From positions 799,874 to 863,873 of the forward strand of contig NMRA01000016.1 in NCBI GenBank assembly GCA_002633005.1: a DNA stretch of 64,000 nt, given 5' to 3'. A program made the position numbers and the translations under genes. The notes under the pieces are model-generated. The model saw nothing but the letters and a program-made list of their open reading frames with translations, was not told where the DNA came from and made no database searches. This DNA is from Phoronis australis. Its lineage: Eukaryota; Animalia; Phoronida. Positions 36,416-48,300 of this stretch are shown piece by piece. The stretch's first letter is position 1. Each line of letters opens with the position of its first letter.

Positions 36416-39400
36416 CTATACAAACTTCATATTAAAGGGAATGTTGGGCCACAGTTTGGGTTGTTTCAAGTCATAATGTCTGTCAAACGCTAGTTGCAGA
36501 GCTGTCTCCATACCATGGACCAATCCTGCTCCTTTACCATACAGTGTTTTCATTTCTGATGACCGTCGAGACCCAACTTGCTCGTCGGGAGCATTAGAGG
36601 TGGCAGCAAAACTTTCTCTCGACACTGTAAGGAAAAAATGTCACATAGTTGAGCAACAATAATTACGTCAAGTCAAAATCACCGTAGTTACATAGTCAAT
36701 TGACACTAACTAAAGAAGCATTCTGTGAACATCATTTAGTCTGAGGTGAACCTATGTTAAGTTAGGAATTCAAACTTGTCACATTAAAAAAGCTTCAAAT
36801 GTATTCTAGACAAAAATAAGACTTCAAATCCAGATTTGATTGGATGACATTCTGCAGGTTATGCACTTAAGACCTTGAAGGAGGAACTGTTGATCAGTTG
36901 CCAAAAATGCAACTAGGTAGGCAGTTATTTCAGGTCCCAAAGAACAACCACATCTTCATTTGGATTAAACAGTCTACAGGATGTTGTGGAATTATTGTTT
37001 TAACAAATTGGAAGACAGGTTTAGTTAGAATGTCCAACAGCTTTGCTCCAACAAAATTACTAGTACAGTACATTATAACATAAAAATTCATCTGCAAACA
37101 TCAGTGTTCTACAACACAAACATAAAATGTAGTGTTACCTTCACACAGATCGACTCTTTTCAACGCAGCCTCCTTTGCGAGTAATTGTTTTTGTAATTCT
37201 GAAACACAATAAATGATAATTACTATGCATTTGGACAGTCTTAAGAAATTTGCCAATAGATATCAAAACTAGAAAATATTTCAAGTTAATCACTTGTCAC
37301 ACATCTCCACTAACATAAACTGCCCACAAAGAGAAACCTCCTCTTACCTTCTAAAGCCCCACAACTCTTCCAAAAAGACACCCCCTTCCCACTGAAGTGC
37401 TATTTTTGAACGCACAATCACTGTGGGTGCCTCCAGTCCGAGCCTATTTGATTTAACAGGCTTGTTCATTGCTTCATTTCCCTCAGGCACTGAACTCACT
37501 TCACAATGATATCACAGATCAATTAAGACGCTGGTGCCCGGTTTGTTATTAATAATTAAATGATAAAACTGCTGAAATTGAAATATCTGAATGCTCACGC
37601 ACATTCCACTCAGCACTTATTAAAATCAAATGAGAAACTGAAATGTAAATACATTATCTGAGATACTACGTATTCGTAATGCCGCCTCCGTAGTAAAGGC
37701 ACCCCGACTTGCGGACGAACAAGCTCACACCCTGAGCGGACTGTGCGTTTATTTAGACTAATACTAACCGTGAACCTGTTTATGAATCTCAAAGAAGCAA
37801 AAAAAGACCGTCATATGTGACTACTTCTCATAGAAATGTGGGTAATAGAAACATACAGAGTTTTCACCGCTGAATAACAGATAACAAACAGGTTCTCAAA
37901 ATCCGGGAAAGTAAGTGACCATTGCCGAAATTTGTCTCTGAAAGGGGACGTAACCATGTACCAACCAAATTGTAAGCAGAATTCTGTAAACTTTAACACA
38001 AAGCCATATTCAGCCCAGCGATTTGGTACAAGGTGTAATTAACTGCTCGTGCCAAGAGCCTAGCAGGATACCATGGGAGATGCTGCAAAGGAACCTCCTT
38101 TCCATAGCCAGATAAAATAAGGCATCCATGCAGCTACAGATTACTAAAGGGACATTCTTGGTGAGAAAAGAAGTTTTACAGAATTTAGCAGTAGCATGGA
38201 ATCAATCCGACTAGCTATGCAAAAGCAGAGCCAAATCCCACATTCGAGTATTTTAAGTGCACTACTCGAAACATAGACAAAACCCTTGATTTCACTGTCT
38301 TGTAGAGTCTAAATGCTTTGGAGGACTTACGGTGAAAAATTGGTAGGAAAGTCAAAAAGTAGGTCACACCAGTTCAGTGTACACTTTTAAAACATATATA
38401 AATACACAGTGACCATGTTGTTAGGGAAAAAACAGCGTTTACTAACAAAGATATTTGTGTCGAGTTTGGAATTTATGTTGTGGAGAACACTGCAGACAAT
38501 TGCGAGAATTAGATATTCGTAATAAAATCACAGAAACGCAACAGATCTTGGGCCCGTTCCAAGAAACTGACTTAAGTTCATTATTGACTTAAGTCTAAGA
38601 TTTGTCTTAACTTCCAAACTTTGAAACTTCCATATCTGGTAAATTCATCAAAATTAAGCCAAAACGTACGTCAAACATTTAAATCAAGCTTAACATCTCT
38701 TTCTTGAAATGATTTTGAGACAAATTGAACTTTTATTTTAAAAGTTAGTAAAATTTAGGAATTGTCTTAGCTAAGTCAGTTTTGTTGGAACGGGCCCCTT
38801 ATTGACTTATAGCTCTGATCAAAATGCCAAAATGCAATCTTTAGCAATAAAATGACAATGTCACTTCAAATGCAAGAAGAAATTGATGCTCATGTAAGCT
38901 AAGTCTACAGTTCGATAACACTGTAGAGTATATTGAACGTGACCGCTTAAACTTAATATCAAAAGTCTGTAATAACTTTGAAACGAAACCAATGATGCCT
39001 GCACATAGACATCTACATTTCACTATCATAGTTAACAAAAATTGCTGCACATAATTAATACTAATTTTACTAATATTTGGTTTCCAAAAAGTCCAACAAA
39101 TGGTCCTCTGGCAATATCACACATGTACGCAACATCTATATGCAAATCTCCTTACAGGTAAATGCACCTTGAAGCATTTCAGGACTACAACATTATGCGT
39201 CAATTCAGCACCAGCCAATTATAAACATATCCCAATTTACACAGTACCTTTCCACTCTTTCTGGTGTTTCCGCGTTTTAGTGAAGAATTCCAACATCTCT
39301 TCCGATATTTCCACATGATCCTCCTCACCACCGCTCCCACGAGTTAGGTTCGGGGAGGTTCTTGCCTTCCTCTTCCCTCTCCGTCCACGGCTGAAGCCAC

Positions 39401-39734
39401 GTCGCCCAGCAGGAGAGGCCTCTTTACCAGGACTATTATCACAGTTACAGGCACAGGCAGCTGATGGCAAGTGCGATGGAAAACTAGCCTGATTGGCCAG
39501 GCCCGAGTAGGTCCATGTATTATAAGAACTAGTCATGTGTTGTGCAGCCATCATTTGTGCATACCACATGGCGTAGACATGATTGTTATACCACTGATAG
39601 AGTGTCTGGTAATGACTCCAGTATCTCTTGTATTTTTCATGCTGGTACCAACAGCCATCGTCTTGGGAACATTGACTGTTCGTTTCAGTAGATCCCACTT
39701 CATCACAGACTGGTTCGCCACCTTCTGTGTCCAT
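36416..39734 (-). CDS. GEMIN8: Gem-associated protein 8 (SMN complex); coding exons 39734-39248, 37198-37139, 36624-36416 (251 aa)
   Basis: In-frame GT-AG joins. Motifs WYQHEKYKRYWSHY, VEISEEMLEFFTKTRKHQKE and APDEQVGSRRSSEMKTLYGKGAGLVHGMETALQLAFDRHYDLKQPKLWPNIP match the GEMIN8 hallmarks WYSHPVYARYWQHY, MEITEELRQYF and [32 protein letters not shown]. An in-frame TGA sits just upstream of the ATG. The acceptor at 39758-39757 implies upstream UTR exon(s). Confidence 0.94.
38550..38797. mobile_element. PIF/Harbinger-like MITE with 3-bp TSD, in a GEMIN8 intron
   Basis: TIRs GGGCCCGTTCCAAGAAACTGACTTA / TAAGTCAGTTTTGTTGGAACGGGCCC with CTT on both sides. A diverged inverted copy lies at about 62200-62442. 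Confidence 0.8.
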
Positions 39735-42089
39735 TGATCAGTGGGATAATAGACTCCTGAAACATAAATCATATACCTTGATTCACTAGTGCATAGGCAT
39801 CCACGCAGTATTGTTCACCCACAACAGAACAAGTTGTACATCAACATCACACAAAAAGCATACTTTAAGTTACATTCCCCTGATATCAGAGTATAGTGAA
39901 CAACGGGTTGCTGATGGGTTTGCAATGATCATTTAGGAAATGCCTTTGAAAGATGGTGTCCTGGAAGTCAACTCAGAACGCAAATGGCTTCCCCATCCAT
40001 TTCCTGAATACCGGTAAGGTAAATAACTGACAGAGAGAATTCTGCATTATCAGTACATGGAGTCGCCTAGTCAAAATAGAGCTCAGTTTGAAAAACTTGG
40101 CTAAAATTTGTAAGAGATGTATGAACCTGTAATGAAATCTCTATTGTCAAAGTACATTATCTTAAGAACGTCAAAAAAGACACTTAATAGTACCCCCAAG
40201 TGATTCTTTTAAAATCTTTAAACAGCAATGATGTAATACAATAGAGCTGCTCAATTGAAGAAAAACAATACCTCATTTTCCAAAATTGGTTGATAAAAAA
40301 GAAAGCTTAGCTAAGGGATTCGAAAAAAAATCCGAAATGACGCTTCAGGCTGCATTGGTCAGATAAGCATATTGGGGACCACCAGAAGTCTGAAATATTC
40401 CATGAATACCCGAATGACATATAATGTAACCACTATTTTTCACGCTATCACCACAGCAAAAATGAAACGCTTATCGTCATTAATTTTCTAGTTGTTTACT
40501 CCAAAATGTAAAAAATTAAGATTCCAACAGGGCGCCATTAATCAAATTTGGTCCCGTCCTGAGCATTTTCACTTGATCTAACAATTCATGCAGGAAAAGG
40601 AACCCTTTTCCTTTGTACAATTTTTGAATTTTAAATTGAGTTTTACATCTAGAATCAGTCTATTTGTATCTAGCCAATAAGACCTCTGAAAATTGTAACA
40701 AATATTGGTTTGGACACGGTGAGAGCACACATCACAGGTTACATCCTCAAGAAAATGCAGTGCTAGTTGATTAAAGATTTAATGTTATTTGTAAATAGTG
40801 TGCACTACGTCATACGCACAGAGTACATTTATTGTTTTATGTTACAAATAAAAATTCACGCTGGAGTATACGAAACTGGCGACAACAAAGATCAGCTTTT
40901 CAAGGTCATTGGCAACTGTCTTGTTTGCGAGTTTCGGGCTAACACAAAACTACAAAATATTTAAATGTAGCTTACTGATTTTTCAAAAACACAGATAATG
41001 TGCAATTCTAGTACCTAGGTACTATTTATTTGTTTTAAAAGATTGATCGGAAAACACTACGACAGTTTCTCATTAATTTTTCATGAAAAGTAATAATTCA
41101 CTTTTCAAATTTCTTGAGTGCTTTCTTGATCAGATAGTGCTATCAGACACCTTGGGAATAAAAAATACATGAATAAGTAGAACACATTTCCCAAGTTAGC
41201 TGATAAAAGACAAAACCAGCTTTTAACATGAGATAATTTTTTCAGACCCAAGAAAAGATCAACAATTGGGACTGACAAGTCAACAGGGGAAAACGTCTTA
41301 AGTTTGAGAAATTAATTAACTATTGAAATAAGAATGACCTGAAAAATTGATTGAGTGAATCGTTTTTATACATTTTTCATATTTAGTGAACAGTCAATTT
41401 TTGTTCAATTTGGCAGAGACAAAATGCTAAATCAAATTGACAACACATTTTTTTTATCGAATAATTGATTAAAGCAGTTATTGACCCACCTTCAATCACA
41501 AAACTGAACTTTTAATTTCGACCACTAACTATTCTAAAATTCGGAAATTGGTACTTACGGTCAAAATAGAATGCAATTTCATAACTTGAAAATTTTGATG
41601 ATGTCACTGAACAAAAATATCCTTTAATTAATGTCTAATTTTTAAATTTATTGTAAAACAGATACAATATACTTGTAACAACTTCTGAATATCCCCCTGA
41701 GCACGTGAATGTTGCAGATTTTACAATTCTAGCTTAAATTTTACGAAGATATAAATAATGCTTGACATCACATGATCGTTGTATTTGATTAGTGCCCGTC
41801 TCTGGTACAGTAGTAGTACTCGTTAAGTGACTCGCTGCAGTTGTGGCAGGCTGAGTAGAGTTTAATATATAAAGTTTGAATTGAATTGAGTAACAAACTA
41901 GCAAAATATTATCTGACGCAAAAGTTAAAGTCAAAAAAGGAAAAAAGTTAAGGTCATTAAAAGCTACATTCTTACTTGAGCAAACTAACTTGATTACTGG
42001 TGCTAAAAAATTTCCTTTCTACAGGTATTCTGCAGCTAACTTTGTGGAGTGATCATACATGCGTGCTTTCAGCACCATTAAGTATAGCG

Positions 42090-43920
42090 TCAACCATTGG
42101 CCAATCGGCAATTCTTCAATCAACTGTTTTTTTTCCACAAGATAGTACACAAGTTACATCAAGTAACCATGATTGGTTTTACTAAATTATGCATTTTCAG
42201 TGTTAGGTCAGAGCAGATTTTACTTCGGCGAAATTGTCATCACCTCCCAACAGACAGCAATAAAGTTGTTATCTATCAACGACTCAGGACAGGCCTGAAA
42301 GCTAGGCTCTCAAATATAACCAGGCCGCCAATAGGTAACAACTTTATTTCTATACTACCAGTATGTAACAACGCCACCTATGAACTCTCATTCCACCCTC
42401 CCTAAATGATGTCTCAAAAAATTTAGTAAGCGTGTCATGCGACTAAATTGTTTTCAACAGGGCAAAAACAAAGAGTAAAAATTTTTCAAGTCATGTACCG
42501 TTCTACATAATAGGCTTATGAGAGAGATATATTGCATTAGACTTTTCTTCATTACAAAAGCCAGAGGAAGATATAAAACTTGAGTTTATTAGATTGTTTT
42601 TCAGGTTAAAAAAATGTTATAGGCCATTGATGTATTAAATTTCATCCATCTCGAAGAAATACTCCCGTTATCAAACTTTTTCGTCGAGCAGTCCCTCGTT
42701 AAATTCCCAAAATCAGAAACTCACCATTTTTAAACACTGACCTCTTGATGAATCATGCATAAAAACCAAAAAATCATGCATTCGAACAAAAATCATGTGT
42801 ATGAACCACAAATCACACTAGCATCCGAATCCATGCACAAACCACCTGACTATCAGTGTTCGTGCGTGTGATTTGATACTAGTGCGTGTGATTCGATACC
42901 AGTGCATATGATTTTGTGTTCAAATGATTGTATGATTTTTTGTGATTCGTGCGCATGTTTTTTGTTCGTATGCATATAATTTTTAGGTTCATATGCATGA
43001 TTCATGGGTTCGTATACACGATTCATAGCCATAGGTTTGTAGGTGGTTCGTGGGTCATATGCAATGCTGACGTGCGTATGATTCTACGATACCCCTGCGG
43101 TAGAATGCCAATTTTTCCAACACTGGTAAATAATTTAGTTTATTCAAACAAGAGTGTAGTTTTTAATAACACTAATTTTGTGTCTTATTTATTTGGTCAG
43201 TTTGTTGTAGCACCCACACAGGCCAAACCTATAGTACCTGTATACAGCTTTGCACCACCAAGGCTAGCCTTGGTACAAAGCTGTACCAAATACACAGCTT
43301 TACGCCGATGTTGGTAAAAAATGACCAGATAAAATATGACACAAAATTAGTGTCATTAAGAACCACACACTTATTTGAGTAAATAAAATTATTTTCTGGT
43401 TTTGGAAAAATTGGCGTTCTATCGTTATTCTGCTGTTAAATTTGTAATGTGATCTTTTGCGTCGGCTTTCGGCGCCATGAAATATTGCGTCACCTATTGG
43501 CCAGTTTCTCTTTTCGCCGATTCTTCAATCAACTGTTGTTCTTTCACAAGGTTGCATACACATCACAACAAATTATCGGAACTGGTTTCACTTCATTATA
43601 AGTTTTTAGAATTTTGATACCGAAAAATCGAATTTCAGAAATTTTACTGCTGCCAAGCTATCATCATCTCCTAAGAGATGTTGCAAAAATTTTGGAAATG
43701 GCGTGTGCGCGTGTCACGAGCGTACTGTTTTCAAAACGATGACATATCACTTTTCTTTGTTAGAAAAGGTAGAGAATTACGCAAGAAAATTATGTTTATT
43801 AGATTGTTTTCCACTTAAACGGTTGTTATGGGCAAGATGAGTGTCGTTTGATTCCCATATTTTGCATGTATCCCCTCCGGTCTTTAGCTTTACATGTTGA
43901 CGAGCAGAACTACCCTGGCT
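42090..43920 (+). mobile_element. Two partial copies of a TIR-type repeat family (about 42090-43200 and 43322-43920), with an inverted ~20-bp minisatellite at 42750-43085
   Basis: 42100-42700 parallels 43495-43900 (ATTCTTCAATCAACTG.., TTTATTAGATTGTTTT..). About 100-bp inverted arms at 43100-43200 and 43322-43424. A third copy is at 7100-7566. Confidence 0.6.
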
Positions 43921-44795
43921 GTGTGCAATTTCGGGGTCTATGGATGAAAAACACACAGTGGTACCTAGCTGTATTTTGATGATAGTCTTCTAGCTAGCTG
44001 GCTGGCGGTAATTATTTACAATATGACGACATTGACCTATAGACATGATTTTGATATTGTTCAATTCCTCGTAACGTTATCTTTCCAAAAATATATGAAT
44101 GCGTCCCCTGCCGGGTTTCCTCCGTATCTTATCGGTTCACACTATTTCCCGGTTGACACCGCCATGTTAGCTCAACTCAAAATTACACCTGTTGTTAATG
44201 AATGAAGCAGCATCATTGATTCTGAATGGTGATTGCCCGCGAGATCCCCACTAAAGTTTTTCTGACATAATATGTGGGAACAAGTATCAGCATTTCAACT
44301 TTTCCAATTTTTAGGATTGTGACCATTTGACCATTTTTCCATGAAATTGTCTGAAAGTGACACCCTTTTCACCAATTTGGACCTCAAAAACAACCTCCGC
44401 TTTTTTCGCGGATTCTTGCTAGCAGATGCGTACCAGGGTCACCATAAGCTCGAATTTGAACCCTTGGGACCGCAACTCGGGCAAGGGATAGACGGGTCTC
44501 AGTCAATTTGAACTTATAAAAAGCGACAATCTGCAGAAATCGGTAAATTAGTTCAGTTTTTGACCGCCACATGACTCCTTCCATTCAACATGGCAGTATT
44601 ACTACTGAGTACCGGGAAATAGTGCGAGCAGAAATTTCATGATGAAATACTAAGGGAATGGGGTAGGATGTAGGAAAATTTCTGTGTATGTTTGGAAAGA
44701 TAACATTGCAAGAACTTGAACGATATCATATGTGCAAGTCCATGACGACATATTGTAAACAATTACCTGGCTAGCAATACCCACAAGCGTCCTCA

Positions 44796-44877
44796 GCTTC
44801 TGATCGTCCCCATTACACTACACTAGTGTATTGACTATTGACTAGTATTGTAATTAATGTTGGGGACGATCAGAAGC
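44796..44877. repeat. ~82-nt hairpin/palindrome upstream of the Fip1 start
   Basis: Perfect 17-bp inverted repeat GCTTCTGATCGTCCCCA / TGGGGACGATCAGAAGC, extended inward by imperfect pairing. Confidence 0.85.
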
Positions 44878-45297
44878 GCCGCAAGAGACGACTGTCGGAC
44901 TGTCGCTACACCAAGGCTAGATCCCCACGATTACGACAAAGTGTTTATTAAAAACTTACAAATTAAACTTCTCAATCACAACCGTATACTTAAGGCGATG
45001 AGTGAGGCCGGTTCCAGGTTTCAGCATAGATTAAAATACAGGCATTACGGTGGCACAGACTTATGCTAGACAGGTTCGACGAACGTACGGAAACAATCTG
45101 TGCCCGGGTAATAATATCTTAACGCATTTTGATTCAAACGTGAGGAAAACTACATACTCTAAAAAAACTAAAGCCCTGATACAAATATTTTTTTTGTTTA
45201 ACTTCGCATAACCATGATAAATACTAACGAACAACACTCTTGTGTGCTTGCACATAGTCGAGCCTGACAGGTTCTGTTATTTTGCTTGCACATTGAA

Positions 45298-45310
45298 GAA
45301 AAATGGCGAC
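45298..45310 (+). promoter_or_regulatory. YY1-like AAAATGGCG motif overlapping the Fip1 start codon
   Basis: GAAAAATGGCGAC at the ATG, an arrangement common in housekeeping genes with short 5' UTRs. Confidence 0.45.
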
Positions 45311-48300
45311 GGTGGCACCGGTGGAGAGTTTGGTGGAGGAAGATGACGAAGCTTGGTTGTATGGAAGCAAATCACCTGGTTTGTTCGAATGTTTCTTGTT
45401 AACTAATTGAAATGCATTAGTTTTCTGAAACTCATGATAATGAGACCCCGCTCTTGTTTACTAAAACGAAATTTTAAACAGTGCTCCATTTGTCGTGCAG
45501 GTCTCCGACTTCACTGTTTGTAGGGAGGACAACGTTTTTTTAATTTTTTTTACAATACCCATGCGTCATACATTTTTGAAAAGCCCTTGGTGTGAGAAAT
45601 GAAATGGTACAAAAATCAGAAAAATTGGATGAGCGGTTGCCGAGAAAATGGCCGTTGAAACGCGACGATTATGCGTAAAATATCTGCCTTTTTGCATAAT
45701 TACGTAAAAAATAAAAGAATATACATGTGCTGCATATAAAAAGATTCGTCTAATTGAGACAAACATGGTGGTATGTATTATATAAAATTTGGATCGATTT
45801 CTACAGAGATATTGCTGTTTAAGTGTGTTGTTATAGCATATTGAACAGGCTCATCATGTTTGATGAAAACAATGGATTACACAGCTTAAAGATAAAGAGC
45901 AAAGACACCACATCAGCTCAGAAATAAATACATCTAAGCTAGGAGGAAATTTCACATCAAATCACAAGATCACATTGGTGGATTTGGGGGGGCAAGGGGG
46001 CCTGGCCCGTGCCCCCCTAAAACTCCCATATTATTTCATTTGGCAGTTTGAGGGTGCAAATATCTTACGGATAAAATCCTGCGTAATACTCTGCCCTGCC
46101 CCCCCTTTCTATCTAAAAATCCTAGATCTGCCCCTGAATACTACTACATGGGCAACACATCATTGCCCGACAGTGACAGGGGGCTGGGGGAGGCTACACT
46201 GGCTCCCCACTTTTTTCAGTGCTGGGTGCCACCCATGTACTATTAAATTGTATCATGGCAAAAAACATCAGAAAGTAGACAAAAGACCATTTGGGAAAAC
46301 AAATCACTCTTAACATAAAGGATTTCATCATTTACGCAACAAAAACTTTGTAACAACTTTATTTCGAACGGTGAAGTTGCGATGCCATTGAACTTCAACG
46401 TAGCCGATGGTGGCGCTGACATGCGGCGACTTAGTGAACTAACGACTGCTGTTTGAAAAGTGCCAATGCGCAGCAGTTTGACAGAATTTCTGAAAATTAA
46501 ATAATTACCAATTAAAAGAGTGATAAATTCCTCATCTAAAAATCGGGGGGGCATATTGCGCAACTGGAAAAACATCAATCTCCCGACCGACCAAAATTAG
46601 GCCTTCCGGACGATCGAAAACTCGCCATGAAAACTTGGCCTTGACTTCAAGAAAACAACTTGAGGAGATGCGCACGCATCTAAACTACATCCTGTCCAAA
46701 TTTCATGTTTGTATTTGAGAGTATAGTGCTCTTTTGGATAGGAGGAACAAGAGGTACTTTTTCGAAAGTTGATCGCATGGCGGAAAATCGTGCGCTAAAA
46801 AAAGCTTACAAAAAATGATTTATCAGCGCTAATTTGATACAAAAAGATTACAAACTTACAAATAAAGACTAAGGTAACGATTTATAACACAAAATTGTCT
46901 TATAGTTAACTTTGAAGTCTGAAATCGGGTAATTTACCGACGTGGGTTTTACACGGAGGCAGATATGGAGCACCGTGACCTACTTTTTGATTGTCCTCCC
47001 TACTGTTTGTTATCGTATTAGTCATAGTAGGCCCTGACTTGCAGATTGCGTTGTGGAGCACCGAACGCAGATGTCCAGCCATTAGCGCGGCCCAATGAAG
47101 AGAGAGAGCCCGCTCGACCCCACTGACATAATGTCTCAATCACGTGTAGGCAACACGTAGCCCCTGCTCTGGTTCTGTTGGCTGGTTAGGCAACTTTGGG
47201 GCTACAATACTTCCCATCGCTTTCTATACTAATTTCGTCCCGTGTATTTTAAACGGGCGGCTAGCAAAATCTTCTCACTGATTAAGAGTTTTCACCTTTT
47301 CAAAAATACACTCTACACTTATAAAACTGCTTAGTTTGTTCAGTGATCCTTTTTTCTTTCTACACATATCTTTGATGGCGCATAGCTATGAGAATTAAGG
47401 TGACTTTGGCGAAGAATTCCAACTCCTCGTTTCTGGTAACCGTTGACTTTTTTACTGCGTGCGCGATTACCACAAAGTGTTACATAACTGTATAGGTCAA
47501 ATTGTCTTCAAAGACACAGTAGTGAACCTATTTCAGAGAACATTTTGTCAATTTTGCAAAATTGTTTCAAGGTCTACAAAAATAATGGATTATATAATTA
47601 TGAAATACTTGTCTCGTGTATTTGGTTTAGTCAACTGTTCTGTATTTCATTCGACGATGATTAATAATTCTAAAAGAGTGTTACTGACATGTTACCTTTA
47701 AAGCATACGGTGCATTGCTGTATTTCAGTTGCTGGTGAAGCTGGTGAAGAAACTGCACAGTCAGCCAAGTAAGATTTTGTGTACAATTTTTACGCGCTCA
47801 CATATTTATATGGGTGCATATTGCCATCATCTCTGTCTGTTCGTCCGATGTCCGCTGCTGTATCTTCTAAACCCCTTGTAGGATCTCATTACAATTAGTG
47901 TGTTTGTGGCTGACAGCAGATCAGGACAGGTTTCAGATCGATTCAAATACAACCGTGAACCCTAGTGGCAATTTTAGTTTATACGTTTGCCTCTGTATCT
48001 TTCGGAATTCCTGGATCGATTTTCATGAAATTTGGAAAATAGATTTTTAATAAGTAGGCGATGATGCCATTCCACTTTGTGACCATTTTTGTAATTTTCT
48101 TTGTCTGTTTTCTGGTGTCCGCCTCTCTATCTGCCATACCAGTCAAAGGATCGTTATGAAAATGAATACAGTCTGATGTGTTTCTGATGAGAAGGCCACA
48201 ACTGACGTTGATTTTTGGACGGGTCCAACTACTGTGTCGCCCCTTGTAAGCAATTTTGTTTTTTTGTGCCTGCAGTCGAATCTCCTTAACCCTCCCTTTG

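Noticed and set aside
41615-41626. ATATCCTTT resembling a U12 AT-AC donor
   Set aside because: It is on the wrong strand for GEMIN8 and not at an exon boundary. All reconstructed introns are GT-AG with U2-type donors.
44139-44624. AACATGGC(G) YY1-like motifs as the GEMIN8 TSS
   Set aside because: The two motifs are part of an inverted repeat pair (CACTATTTCCCGGT / ACCGGGAAATAGTG), more consistent with decayed transposon ends. Similar motifs at 7435 and 43470 are also inside repeats.
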